Below are positions 50,138 to 60,772 of a stretch of 64,000 nucleotides of DNA, piece after piece. Under the pieces are notes generated by a model, which saw only the letters and a program-made list of their open reading frames with translations, was not told where the DNA came from and did not search any database. Made by a program: the position numbers and the translations under genes. The number at the start of each line of letters is the position of its first letter. The first letter of the stretch is position 1. The stretch spans positions 160,001-224,000 of the forward strand of contig CAXXFK010000033.1 of assembly GCA_963663965.2 (NCBI GenBank), read 5' to 3'. This stretch comes from Sedimentisphaerales bacterium (GTDB lineage: Bacteria; Planctomycetota; Phycisphaerae; Sedimentisphaerales; SM23-30).

Positions 50138-52275
50138 GGCACAATACCTCCAAATTGCATGTTGTAGAGTTGTTTATAGAGCGCGCATTTTTGCAGAAGT
50201 TCCTGATGGGTGCCCTGGTCGACCAGTTGTCCATTATCCAATACGACGATGACATCGGAATCGATCACCGTGCTGAGGCGGTGGGCGATGATAAATGAGG
50301 TGCGGCCCTGAGAAAAGGCCCGGATGGCCTGCTGGATTTTCTGTTCGCTTTCAGAATCGATCTGGCTCATGGCCTCGTCGAAGATCAGGATGGCCGGATC
50401 ACGCAGGATGGCCCGGGCAATGGCGATCCGTTGGAGCTGGCCGCCGGAAAGGGTGGCGCCCTGTTCGCCAATAATCGTATCGTAACCGTTGGGGGTATTC
50501 AAAATGAAGTCATGAGCGAAGGCCTGACGCGCGGCGGCAACAATTTCATCCTGGGTGGCGCCGGGTTTGCTATAGGCGATATTCGCGGCGATCGATTCGT
50601 GGAAGACAATCGGTTGCTGAGGAACGATTCCGATTTGCGTTCTCAGGCTTTCCAGGGTGCCGTTGGCGATATCGCGGCCATCGAATAGAATCCGTCCTTC
50701 ATCCGCAATGAAGAAACGGGGTATCATGCTCAATAACGTGGTTTTACCGGATCCATTGGGGCCTACTACGGCAATGGTCTGGCCGGCAGTGACTTTCAGA
50801 TTTATCCCGTCAAGCGTTTTATTCAGGCTGCGGGGATAGGTATAGCCAAGATTGCAGAATTCGATCGTCTCCGTCAGGCGAGGCAGGGCAATGGCATCCG
50901 GTGCATCCTGTTCGATTTCGCGATCATAAAGCTGGTAAACCCGTTCCGCGGACGCGTTGGCAGTCTGGACCTTGGTCCAGACATCCCCCAATTTGCGGCC
51001 GGATTCGGCCATGGTGCCTAAAATGACGATCAAGGCGAAAAAGTTGCTGACCGAGATCATTCCTTCCATAATCCAGTTCGTTGCGAAGAACATGCCTGCA
51101 CAGGCCCCGACAATCGATAACCCTTCCATCAGGGGGGAACCTGCCGCGTCGATCCGGCCCATTTTGAACTGACGCTTCAATAATTTCTGATTGATAGCCA
51201 GAAACCGTTTTTCTTCACTGGTTTCCTGGTGATAGCCTTTCACCACGCGGATCCCCAGGAAAGTGCCTTGCAGGTGCCCCAGCAGATTGGACCACTCTTC
51301 CAGGGTGCGTTTGGTCGCTTTTTTCATTTTTTTGCCCAGGCGGTTCAGGGTCATGGCTGCCACGGGGCCTATCGTAATGATAAAAATGGTCATTTTAGGG
51401 CTGACTTTATAAGCCATGATCCCCAACATGATGATTTTGATAGGCTCCAGGATAGTTTTGCCCAGTAAAATTTCCAGACCGGCTTTGACACGATTGGTAT
51501 CCTGGACAAACCGGCTGATGGTATCGCTGATCCCTTCCTGGCCGAAGTAATTCAGTGGAAGCCGCAAGGCTCTGCTATAGGTATCATTGCGTAATTGCTG
51601 GATGGTCCTGAACGAAATGACATGAACCAGGTATTGTTGGGTGAATCTTAAAATACAGCGCAACGCAGTTGTGACCATGATAACGAAAATGATTATCTTG
51701 AGATAACCGATTTTGGTTTCCAAGCTCTGGTCCCGAGGAACCGTACTCAGGGCCCAGAGCGCCGTGCCGGTATAAAACGGTGATTCTTCCAGGGTGACTG
51801 GTAAAGTTTCGGTCTGGCCGGTCTCATGCTCAACAGTGATCTCGACAGAATCGACAGCATTGACAATCGTTTCGAGCAGATCGATTTTGCTGGGATTGGT
51901 CTCTGAGGGGGCGGCCTGCCCCGGGATGGTCACTGACAAGATCGTATCAAAAGGGAGCAGACCCGCTTGAGCGGCCGGAGTATTGGACCGGATATCGGTT
52001 ATTCGCAGTGGGACAACTGGGGGCGTGGGCTGGCCTTCTTTCGGGATTTCTTCCGGTGGAATCATGGCGAAGCCCATACCGGTGCGGGTCAGGACGATGT
52101 TACGATAAATCCAGCCATGCAGGCCTTCTTCACCGATCATCACTTTCATCAGTGGAAGCATGGCCGTGATGCTCACAGAAAACAGGACACCGACTAAAAT
52201 TGCACAGACGATCGATATGATGACAGCCTGTTTCTGTTGCAGAAAATATTTTGCGATTCTTCCAAAATGGGTCAT
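50134..52275 (-). CDS. MsbA-like ABC exporter (TMD-NBD) with a PDZ-like insert
   Basis: GPNGSGKT, LSGGQLQR, IFDEA, IAHRL; insert RITDIRSNTPAAQAGLLPFDTILSV after TM1. Confidence 0.88.
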   Translation of the reverse strand: MTHFGRIAKYFLQQKQAVIISIVCAILVGVLFSVSITAMLPLMKVMIGEEGLHGWIYRNIVLTRTGMGFAMIPPEEIPKEGQPTPPVVPLRITDIRSNTPAAQAGLLPFDTILSVTIPGQAAPSETNPSKIDLLETIVNAVDSVEITVEHETGQTETLPVTLEESPFYTGTALWALSTVPRDQSLETKIGYLKIIIFVIMVTTALRCILRFTQQYLVHVISFRTIQQLRNDTYSRALRLPLNYFGQEGISDTISRFVQDTNRVKAGLEILLGKTILEPIKIIMLGIMAYKVSPKMTIFIITIGPVAAMTLNRLGKKMKKATKRTLEEWSNLLGHLQGTFLGIRVVKGYHQETSEEKRFLAINQKLLKRQFKMGRIDAAGSPLMEGLSIVGACAGMFFATNWIMEGMISVSNFFALIVILGTMAESGRKLGDVWTKVQTANASAERVYQLYDREIEQDAPDAIALPRLTETIEFCNLGYTYPRSLNKTLDGINLKVTAGQTIAVVGPNGSGKTTLLSMIPRFFIADEGRILFDGRDIANGTLESLRTQIGIVPQQPIVFHESIAANIAYSKPGATQDEIVAAARQAFAHDFILNTPNGYDTIIGEQGATLSGGQLQRIAIARAILRDPAILIFDEAMSQIDSESEQKIQQAIRAFSQGRTSFIIAHRLSTVIDSDVIVVLDNGQLVDQGTHQELLQKCALYKQLYNMQFGGIVP

Positions 52276-52882
52276 TGAGTTCTCTTTCAGAGTATGGTTC
52301 GGGCGGGCAATGCCGATCAGTCATGTGTTTTATAAGTATCTAATAATCATAAATTTATGCCATCAAAGAACGGGTTATTGATACCACAATACGTTAAACG
52401 TTTGGAATAAAATAATGTTACCAGCGTAATAAATCAACTGATTTGAAAAATTGACGAGTGAACCGGAGCTTAAATCTACGGTATTTGAGTAAAAATGGGT
52501 TTGAATTTTATTGACAAGAGTCAGGATTTTTCCGTAGTGACTATTGCATATTAAGTTGGGTAAAATAATGTAACAAATTATGAATTAATGAGTTGTGATT
52601 GATTCTTTATCAGGGATGCCCGTAAGAGCTGACGTGTTTGTCCGTGAGTAGATCAATTGTTTATCAGAAAAAAGGGATGAATCATTGTCAGATAACTTCA
52701 ATCTTCAACCAGTTTTATGCTTTTTGGAATAGAATTTTTATTGTTTCTGAAGATCAACGAAAATTCCATACATGAAATCCAATAGATTTCTGATATAATC
52801 TTATTTTTTCAACTGGTATGCCCGATGTGAATATCAGTTTTGATTTGTGAAATACTCAAAAGTTTAATCATAAGGAGATCCC

Positions 52883-54004
52883 ATGCGGATTGGATTGTCT
52901 TCTCAGGATATCACCCAGGCAGAAATTGATGCCGTTGTTGCCGTGCTGAAAAGCCCAAATCTGAGTCTTGGTCCCATTGGTCCGGAATTTGAGAGCCGGT
53001 TTTCTGATTATATTGGCCGCAAACACGCCATGGCCGTGAATAGCGGGACCAGTGGTTTGCATCTGTGTATGCTGGCGATGGGTATCGGGCCGGGTGATGA
53101 AGTGATAACGACTCCGTTCAGTTTTGTCGCGACCACTAATATTATCCTGATGGCGGGCGCTACCCCGGTTTTTGTGGATATCGATCCGGAAACTTATAAT
53201 CTCGATATCGAACAGGTCAAAGAGAAAATCGGACCCAAAACCAAAGCGATCGTACCCGTGGAAGTGTTTGGTAATCCTCAAGGACTGGATGCTATCTGGG
53301 ATCTGGCGCAAGAGCGGAAATTATTATGTATTGAAGATTCTTGTGAAGCGCTGGGTAGTATCGTCAATGGACGCAAGGTTGGAACCCTGGGCCATGCCAG
53401 TGTGTTTGCCTTCTATCCCAACAAGCAGATGACCACCGGAGAAGGCGGAATTATTCTTACCGATGATGATACGATTGCGGATATCTGTCGGTCATTACGG
53501 AATCAGGGACGCGCCACGGACGGCGGATGGCTGGCGCATGTGCGTCTGGGTTATAATTATCGTTTGTCGGATATCAACAGCGCTTTGGGAATAGAACAGA
53601 TTAAACGCATCGAAGAATTTGTCGCCAAGCGTTCTCAGGTTGCTGAGATGTATCAGGCGGCGCTGGCTGAAGAAGCACGCTTGTGTGTGCCGCGTGAACC
53701 GGATGGCTGCCGGATGAGTTGGTTTGTTTTCGTTATACGTTTAGTGGATTCGTTCAGTCGTGAGCAACGCGATCGTGTTATCCAGTACTTACGCGATGCC
53801 GGTATTGGCAGCAGTAATTATTTTGTCCCGATTCATTATCAACCCTTCATCATTGATTTACTGGGTGATCAGCGGGGAGCATTCCCGGTAACTGAACGAG
53901 TCGGCGATCGCACCCTGGCTTTACCGTTCCATAATAACCTGTCTCGGGAAGAAGTACAGGAGGTTGTTAAGACACTTAAGCAGGCCCTGGATACGGTTTC
54001 GTAA
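52883..54004 (+). CDS. DegT/DnrJ/EryC1/StrS PLP aminotransferase
   Basis: NSGTSGLHL, IEDSCEALG, FYPNKQMTTGEGG, GYNYRL. Confidence 0.92.
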   Translation: MRIGLSSQDITQAEIDAVVAVLKSPNLSLGPIGPEFESRFSDYIGRKHAMAVNSGTSGLHLCMLAMGIGPGDEVITTPFSFVATTNIILMAGATPVFVDIDPETYNLDIEQVKEKIGPKTKAIVPVEVFGNPQGLDAIWDLAQERKLLCIEDSCEALGSIVNGRKVGTLGHASVFAFYPNKQMTTGEGGIILTDDDTIADICRSLRNQGRATDGGWLAHVRLGYNYRLSDINSALGIEQIKRIEEFVAKRSQVAEMYQAALAEEARLCVPREPDGCRMSWFVFVIRLVDSFSREQRDRVIQYLRDAGIGSSNYFVPIHYQPFIIDLLGDQRGAFPVTERVGDRTLALPFHNNLSREEVQEVVKTLKQALDTVS

Positions 54005-54087
54005 GACTTGTCTGTTCTGTCTATCAGTGATTATTTCAATACTCCTAAAGTAGTTTTTGAGGCTACTTATATGATATATCATATAAA

Positions 54088-55893
54088 ATGACCGATCTAT
54101 TCAGTACCATCTCACAGCGTTTATTGCCCCGGATTCAAGGGCCCGCCCAGTATGCCGGCGGGGAAGTCAACCAGATACGCAAAGATCCCGGTTCGGTGGA
54201 TATCAGTGTGGTCCTGGCTTATCCTGATGCTTATACCATCGGTATGTCGCACCTGGGTTTGGCCATTTTATACACCGCATTGAATCAGATGGAGGGTGTT
54301 GTCGCCGAGCGCACCTACGCGCCCTGGCTGGATGTCCGCAGTGTGATGCGGTCGGAGGGGATTCCATTGTATTCCTGGGAAAGCCGCCGGCCGGTTCGCG
54401 AGTTCGATGTTCTGGGCATTACCCTGCAACACGAACTCATTTACAGCAATGTATTATATCTGCTGGACCTGGCCGGGATCAGTTTTCGAGCGGCAGACCG
54501 CCAGGAAGATGAGCCACTGGTCATTGGCGGTGGCCCGATGTCGGATTGCTGTGAACCGGTCGCCGATTTTTTCGATCTGGTGATTTTGGGTGATGGGGAA
54601 GAGTCGCTGCCGATGGTCGTGCAGGCGATCCGGGTATTGAAAAAAACGGCCGCGCGCCGGCATGACATTCTGCTGGAACTGGCACGCCGGTTTGAATTTG
54701 TCTATGTACCCCAGTTCTACGAGGTATCGTACTGCCCAGATGGTACGTTGGCTGAAGTGAAACCGAATGTGGAAGGGGTGCCGGCCTGTGTTCAACGAGC
54801 TGCGGTAGCGGATATGGACGGGGCGGTTTTTCCGACCGCTCCCATCATCCCTTACGCCGAGACGCCCCATGACCGGATTGCCATTGAGATTATGCGAGGG
54901 TGTCCGCAACGCTGTGCTTTCTGTCACGCGGGACATACCCGTGGCAAGCTGCGTTTTCGCAGTCTGGAAAAAATAGTCGAACTGGCCTGGGAAAGCTATC
55001 TGAATACCGGGCACGATACCATCTCCCTGCTCAGTTTATCTTCCAGCGATTACCCCAGGCTGGCACAATTGGTTCAGGCACTTTATGGCAGGTTTGAGGG
55101 CTGTCATATGGGTATTTCGCTTCCCTCTTTACGGGTGGACCGTCAGCTGCGTGACATCCCTGAACAAATCACCGGTACCCGCCGGGAAGGGCTGACCATT
55201 GCCGTTGAAGCCGCCACCGATATTCTGCGCAAAGCCATCGGGAAACGGGTCACCGACCATGACCTGATGGCCACGGTTCGGAATGCCTTCGAAGTGGGAT
55301 GGAAACGGGTCAAGCTCTATTTTATGGCCGGATTTCCTTATGAAATTTCTGAAGATATCGATGGTATTGTTGAACTGGCCGGCCAGATATCGCGTTTGGG
55401 CAAGGAAGTTCGCGGAACCCCGGCGGCAGTCCATGCCGCAGTTTCATGGCTGGTTCCCAAACCACACACGCCGTTTGGCTGGATGGCGATGCAGCCGTTT
55501 GATTACTTTATGGCAACCCGGCGGCGATTGATCGATCAGGTAAAGTCCATGCGCAAGGTGTCAATAAAGCTCAAATTTCATTATATGGAACGATCCATTC
55601 TGGAAGGGGTGCTGGCAAGAGGGGACAGGCGTTTAAGTGGTGTCATAGAAAAGGCATATCGCAATGGAGCCCATTTTGATTCCTGGGATGAAACATTCCA
55701 GTATGATCGATATCTCAAAGCGTTTCAGGAATGCGGGATCGATCCGGCGTTCTATGCCCATCGTGAACGCGGTGAAACAGAGGTGCTACCCTGGGATCAT
55801 CTGGCCGGCGATAACCGTGTGAGTCTTTATCAGCGCCATTTAAAAATCAGAGACATACTGACCAACCGACCGGTTTCAGAACGGGAGCCGTAG
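54088..55893 (+). CDS. TIGR03960-like radical SAM protein
   Basis: YAGGEVN, YPDAYTIGMSHLG, EIMRGCPQRCAFCHAG, PKPHTPF, LPWDH. Confidence 0.88.
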   Translation: MTDLFSTISQRLLPRIQGPAQYAGGEVNQIRKDPGSVDISVVLAYPDAYTIGMSHLGLAILYTALNQMEGVVAERTYAPWLDVRSVMRSEGIPLYSWESRRPVREFDVLGITLQHELIYSNVLYLLDLAGISFRAADRQEDEPLVIGGGPMSDCCEPVADFFDLVILGDGEESLPMVVQAIRVLKKTAARRHDILLELARRFEFVYVPQFYEVSYCPDGTLAEVKPNVEGVPACVQRAAVADMDGAVFPTAPIIPYAETPHDRIAIEIMRGCPQRCAFCHAGHTRGKLRFRSLEKIVELAWESYLNTGHDTISLLSLSSSDYPRLAQLVQALYGRFEGCHMGISLPSLRVDRQLRDIPEQITGTRREGLTIAVEAATDILRKAIGKRVTDHDLMATVRNAFEVGWKRVKLYFMAGFPYEISEDIDGIVELAGQISRLGKEVRGTPAAVHAAVSWLVPKPHTPFGWMAMQPFDYFMATRRRLIDQVKSMRKVSIKLKFHYMERSILEGVLARGDRRLSGVIEKAYRNGAHFDSWDETFQYDRYLKAFQECGIDPAFYAHRERGETEVLPWDHLAGDNRVSLYQRHLKIRDILTNRPVSEREP

Positions 55894-56145
55894 CTGAGGT
55901 CCGATAACTATGGCGAGCATGTGAATCCAACAAGGTCAAGAGCTATACCCTCCAGACGGATCCTCTCAGACGAAACGAAGCCAAGGTATCATTTAATCCT
56001 TATAAGTGGCTGTTAAATAGATTCTTATATTGATTAATTCAAACAACAATTTTACCGGATGGGATTCAAGTACGACCGATCCTTGCTTTCATCGCTCCTT
56101 CCCGTACAATATTGAGCTAACCTTCAATTCAATAAGGATTTGAAT

Positions 56146-56700
56146 ATGAGACATGAGCATTTGTTAGATTCCAAAAAAGCGCTTCTGATGGTGATCGATA
56201 TTCAGGATGCTTTTACGCCGTATATCTATGAAATGGACCGGGTGGTTGAACGGACCCGGATCATGATCGAAGCGGCTAAGTTATTAGAATTACCTGTCTT
56301 AGTGACAGAACAATATCCCCGGGCGTTAGGATCAACCGTAGAAACTTTGCGGGCGACCCTGGGAGATATCTGCTATTTCGATAAGCTGACATTCAGTTGC
56401 TGCCAGGATGAAACCATTCGGTCTGCCCTGATTGACAGCGGACGTTCTCAGGTGATCCTGACCGGGATTGAGTCTCATATCTGTGTTCAGCAAACCGCTT
56501 GCGATCTGATAAAGATGGGAATGACTCCTTTCTTGGCCGCCGATGCCGTCAGTTCACGCCGTCCGTTCGATGCCGACATTTCCCGACAGCGCATGCAGCA
56601 AACCGGGGTTTTCGTCACGACAACAGAAGCCGCTTTGATGGAAATGCTGATCAGCAGCAAACATCCTGCATTCAAGGCGATTTCAAAACTGATTAAATAA
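56146..56700 (+). CDS. Isochorismatase-family hydrolase
   Basis: VIDIQ, TEQYP, KLTFSC, GIESHICVQQT, DAVSSR. Confidence 0.9.
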   Translation: MRHEHLLDSKKALLMVIDIQDAFTPYIYEMDRVVERTRIMIEAAKLLELPVLVTEQYPRALGSTVETLRATLGDICYFDKLTFSCCQDETIRSALIDSGRSQVILTGIESHICVQQTACDLIKMGMTPFLAADAVSSRRPFDADISRQRMQQTGVFVTTTEAALMEMLISSKHPAFKAISKLIK

Positions 56701-56733
56701 TCGTTCAATTATAAAGAATCACAGGAGCATAAC

Positions 56734-57723
56734 ATGTTCCCACAAACTAGACTAAGTCGGTTACGTTCGAATAACATAATCAGAGCCATGGTTCGAGAAC
56801 ATCAGGTTAACACTTGTGATTTGATCCAACCGGTTTTTGTACATCATCGGGATGGCACCCGGCAGGAGATAGCCTCCATGCCCGGGCAATATCAGTTGGA
56901 TGTTGCCTATGCTGCCGAATGGTCTGTCCGATTATATGAAGACGGCATTCGATCAATCCTTTTATTTGGTATCCCATCTGTCAAAGATGAAACGGGATCC
57001 GATAGCTGGGATGATGATAAAGGGATCATTCAGCGCGCTTTAAGGGCAATTCGCCAGGCAGTTCCTGAGATGCTGATTATTACCGATGTATGCTTTTGTG
57101 AATATACCAGTCATGGCCACTGTGGAATTATGGTTGAACGTAATGGGCAAATGGTATTAGATCACGATGCGACCTGTAAGAATCTGGTTCGTCAGGCGGT
57201 TTCGCATGTCCATGCGGGGGCGGATATGATTGCGCCCTCAGGGATGATTGACGGCATGATAGCCGTTATACGCAATGGACTGGATCAGACAGGTTTCAAC
57301 CATATTCCCATCATGAGCTACGCCGTTAAATACGCATCGGCTTTTTATGGCCCATTTCGTGACGCGGCTGAAGGCGCCCCGAAATATGGAGATCGGCGAA
57401 CGCATCAGATGGATCCGGCTAATAGTGATGAAGCCTTACGGGAAGCAAGCGAAGATATTAATCAGGGTGCTGATATGATTATGGTCAAGCCCGCCCTGGC
57501 CTATATGGATATTATTCGACGTGTCAAAGACAGATTTGGTATTCCAACCGCTGCCTATCATGTTTCGGGTGAGTACGCCATGATCAAAGCCGCCGCTGAA
57601 CGGGGTTGGCTGGATGAAAAAGCCGTCACACTGGAGATCCTGACCAGCTTAAAGCGCGCCGGCGCCGATATGATTATTACTTATCATGCGGCAGATGCGG
57701 CGAAATGGATTCCGGAGGGGTAA
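56734..57723 (+). CDS. hemB: Porphobilinogen synthase
   Basis: DVCFCEYTSHGHCG, APSGMIDG, YASAFYGPFRDA, MVKPA, AYHVSGEYAM. Confidence 0.96.
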   Translation: MFPQTRLSRLRSNNIIRAMVREHQVNTCDLIQPVFVHHRDGTRQEIASMPGQYQLDVAYAAEWSVRLYEDGIRSILLFGIPSVKDETGSDSWDDDKGIIQRALRAIRQAVPEMLIITDVCFCEYTSHGHCGIMVERNGQMVLDHDATCKNLVRQAVSHVHAGADMIAPSGMIDGMIAVIRNGLDQTGFNHIPIMSYAVKYASAFYGPFRDAAEGAPKYGDRRTHQMDPANSDEALREASEDINQGADMIMVKPALAYMDIIRRVKDRFGIPTAAYHVSGEYAMIKAAAERGWLDEKAVTLEILTSLKRAGADMIITYHAADAAKWIPEG

Positions 57724-57727
57724 TGGT

Positions 57728-58508
57728 ATGGCCAGTTTCGCTGCCAATGATCCGCGCGACCGTCAAAAACCGGTAAACAAACGCTTCAAATTGATCGCCT
57801 GCGAGATTTTCTTTCGCGAGATCTGTTCGGTGGTTGCCTGTTGCGATCATATTATCGATATTGAATTTCTGCGTAAAGGTTTGCATGATGCCGGCCGGGA
57901 AAATATGTTTGCGGAATTAAAAGCGGCAGTGCAGAAGGCAGATGAAGAGCAAAAATATGATGCGATTTTACTGGGATACGGGCGGTGTAACGATGGCGTT
58001 GTTGGACTGTCAACAAAGTCTTGTCCATTAGTTATCCCCAAAGTCCATGATTGCATAGCGGTGTTTTTTTGGTTCCCGGCAAGCTTTTGAGGCATGGTTT
58101 GATGAGTATCCGGGTACCTATTTCCGGACTACCGGCTGGACGGAACGGGATGATAGCGATGGGGATTCACTGATGACGCAATTAGGAATTGATTGCGGGC
58201 TGGATTATTATATTGAGAAATATGGTGAAGACAATGCCCGCTATCTGATGGAAACGATGGGCAATTGGACGGCTAATTACCATAACCTTGCTTATATCCG
58301 TACGGGTTTGCCTCAGGATGACGCCTATAGCGAATTGGCTCGACAAGAAGCGATTCGCAGGCAATTGTTGTATAAGGAAATACAGGGAAGCATGAGCCTG
58401 TTGGAAAGAATGGTAAATGCCCAATGGGATCACGATGAATTTTTAGTGATATCACCGGGAGAAAAAATCATCGCTGATGATTCCGGGCAGGTACTGGGAA
58501 TGGAATAA
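57728..58508 (+). CDS. DUF1638-domain protein; +1 frameshift at T7 (58064-58070)
   Basis: LIACE, GLHD, LGYGRC, DCIAVFF|GS...PGTYFRTTGW, EKYGEDNA; removing one T joins ORFs 57686..58090 and 58173..58508. Confidence 0.8.
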
Positions 58509-58628
58509 TTGATATTGCCATTTGGCAGAATCAAAATGGTGGACATGGCGATTTATAAAAATCAGTGATGTCAACCTGAATTCGTTCAATAACAATATAT
58601 TGGTCGGGTTGTGGATGATAATAATCAA

Positions 58629-59099
58629 TCAAGCGGAGGTATCTATGAGGTTACCGCTGAAATTGCCAGATTGCGAAACGAGCGAATCCAGAAAATCCTG
58701 CAAATCACTCTGGTCGACATTTCCTGATTGGATTTCCTGAATTAATGTCATCAACAACTGGCTGATTTCATCATTAACGCCGCTACTTTGTTCGGATTGT
58801 TCTGACTGGCCCGGGGGGGGTGGGGGAGTCGCACTGCCAAATTGTTCCCGGGCCGTTTCCATTAGAGCCTGGGTGTCAAAACCTCCCTCTTCAAGGGTGT
58901 TGATCATGCCTTTTCCCGGCTGGATGCGGGCAGAAATGATTGCTTGATTCATGGCTTTCATGTCTTCGACCGTCATATTTGACGGATCATATTTAGCCAA
59001 AATTTCTTCGAGTTTGGTTTGATCAGCTTGGTTCAGGGTATTGCTTCCCATTATGGGAGAGGGTGACCCTGCCACAAGGTTGCTGATACTGCTAATCAT
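58629..59099 (-). CDS. Hypothetical protein with a poly-Pro linker
   Basis: 156-aa ORF with AAGGAG RBS; PPPPP; C-terminal GNLIDTSA. Confidence 0.7.
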   Translation of the reverse strand: MISSISNLVAGSPSPIMGSNTLNQADQTKLEEILAKYDPSNMTVEDMKAMNQAIISARIQPGKGMINTLEEGGFDTQALMETAREQFGSATPPPPPGQSEQSEQSSGVNDEISQLLMTLIQEIQSGNVDQSDLQDFLDSLVSQSGNFSGNLIDTSA

Positions 59100-59211
59100 G
59101 ATTCACTCCTTACGTCGATTAGATTTTTACATAGTATTAACGTCAATACCATGGTGCATCATAAAAGTTATATCGACGAGTTAATCATCATCTCAACAGG
59201 TCAAAACCCGC

Positions 59212-60096
59212 CTATTTTTTGTCAAAAGCACTGGAGTGGATACCCCAACTCTTTTTGAAATCTCCCGGCGCGCGGCCTGTGTATTGACGGAAAAAACGGG
59301 ACATATTAGCAGGGTCGGTAAAGCCTGTACGATCAGCGATCTGTTTTATGCTCAAATCAGAATGGAGCAATAATCGTGTCATTTCCAAAATTGAGCGGTT
59401 ATTAATGGTTTCTTTGGCGGTTTTGCCAAAGTACCGTCGTGTGATCTGATTGAGTTTTTTGGGGGTAATACATAATTTGTCGGCATAATCATTGACACAA
59501 CGAGTGGTTGAGATATCTGTTTCCAGTAGTTGTTTAAAATTCAGGTAGAGCTTGTGTTCATAAGAGGTATGCCGGTTTATTTGAGATTGCATAGGCCAGA
59601 GTTGTTCAATCTTGAATAAAAAAAGGTGAAACAAACCTCGCAGCAAGCATAAATGGGATGGATTGGATGTTGATTTCAGTTCTGATTTGATTAATTCAAT
59701 AAAAGTAATCAATGGCCGAAACTTTTCAGGGTTAAGTGGTAAAATCCCTGAAAATTGAGAATCAAACAAGTGGGTACTTAATCCCGGGAATCCCTGGCTA
59801 TCGGGTCGGAGGATATCGTGTTCACAGATTTGTATCAGATAACCATGAGATTCAGAATTCGGGCGGAAGTTGACATATTGACCGCCTAGCAGCAGAATAA
59901 TTGATTCATTATGCCATTCCACTCTATGCGTATCAATAATGCATTGGCCACTTCCCTTTGTAATCAGGCAGATTTGATGGCAACTTTGATATCGGGGATA
60001 TTCTTGGGATAAATACTGTGCGAAATTGAATATTTCAAATCCCGGGCGACTCAAATCGTTGTGATGCCATGTTATGAGATTGCTCTCGTTAATCAT
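59212..60096 (-). CDS. AraC-family transcriptional regulator
   Basis: Cupin N-terminus; YADKLCITPKKLN; SIKQIADRTGFTDPANMSRFFRQYTGRAP. Confidence 0.92.
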   Translation of the reverse strand: MINESNLITWHHNDLSRPGFEIFNFAQYLSQEYPRYQSCHQICLITKGSGQCIIDTHRVEWHNESIILLLGGQYVNFRPNSESHGYLIQICEHDILRPDSQGFPGLSTHLFDSQFSGILPLNPEKFRPLITFIELIKSELKSTSNPSHLCLLRGLFHLFLFKIEQLWPMQSQINRHTSYEHKLYLNFKQLLETDISTTRCVNDYADKLCITPKKLNQITRRYFGKTAKETINNRSILEMTRLLLHSDLSIKQIADRTGFTDPANMSRFFRQYTGRAPGDFKKSWGIHSSAFDKK

Positions 60097-60772
60097 TGTG
60101 TCTCCAAATATATCTCATATTGGCTTTGCGATAAGATTATTAATATAAATAATTGGCTGAAATAAAGGTTTAGTTTGGGCTGTTATAAAATGGCGCGGAT
60201 AAGAACCAGGGAGCATCCACAGGTTATAACTGTCAGGAAGTTAAAGGATGATTGTTTTTTGCCTGGTATCCAACTCGGCATAAGAGATGTTCGCTTTTAT
60301 GAAAGTAGAATACCCATCATGTTGTCAAAGGGTGGCAAATGGCAATTGGAAGTATAGGGCCTTCCATGATCAATATCTATTGATACGCATTGGGTGATGA
60401 AAGCCTGCGAAAAAAGTAACACGGGAAGAAATTGTGCCGATCAAAAGGTTACAGCAGGATAATATCACGAATTCAACTATGTTGGCGCTATTAGTGCCAT
60501 GAAAAATTATTTAAAAATGACAAAATAGCCCATTATGACATTTAGCAGGTAGTTAACAGGTTCTGTCGATATGGAATTCGAGTCTTTCTAGTTGAAGTAG
60601 GGAAGGGGTGGGCACATTTTGACAGACAAGGTTATATGTTAATGAAATATTTAAAAAAACAAACTTGCATCGTACCGGCTTATGGGTCATATATATAATA
60701 CTCATACCGTGTTAAGCACCCCATTGTCCAGATCACAAATTTATCATCACAGTTTGAGAAAGGTGAGTCATC

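Noticed and set aside
58064..58070. T7 frameshift in the DUF1638 gene as phase variation
   Set aside because: Short homopolymer in a cytoplasmic gene, matching the same +1 error pattern.
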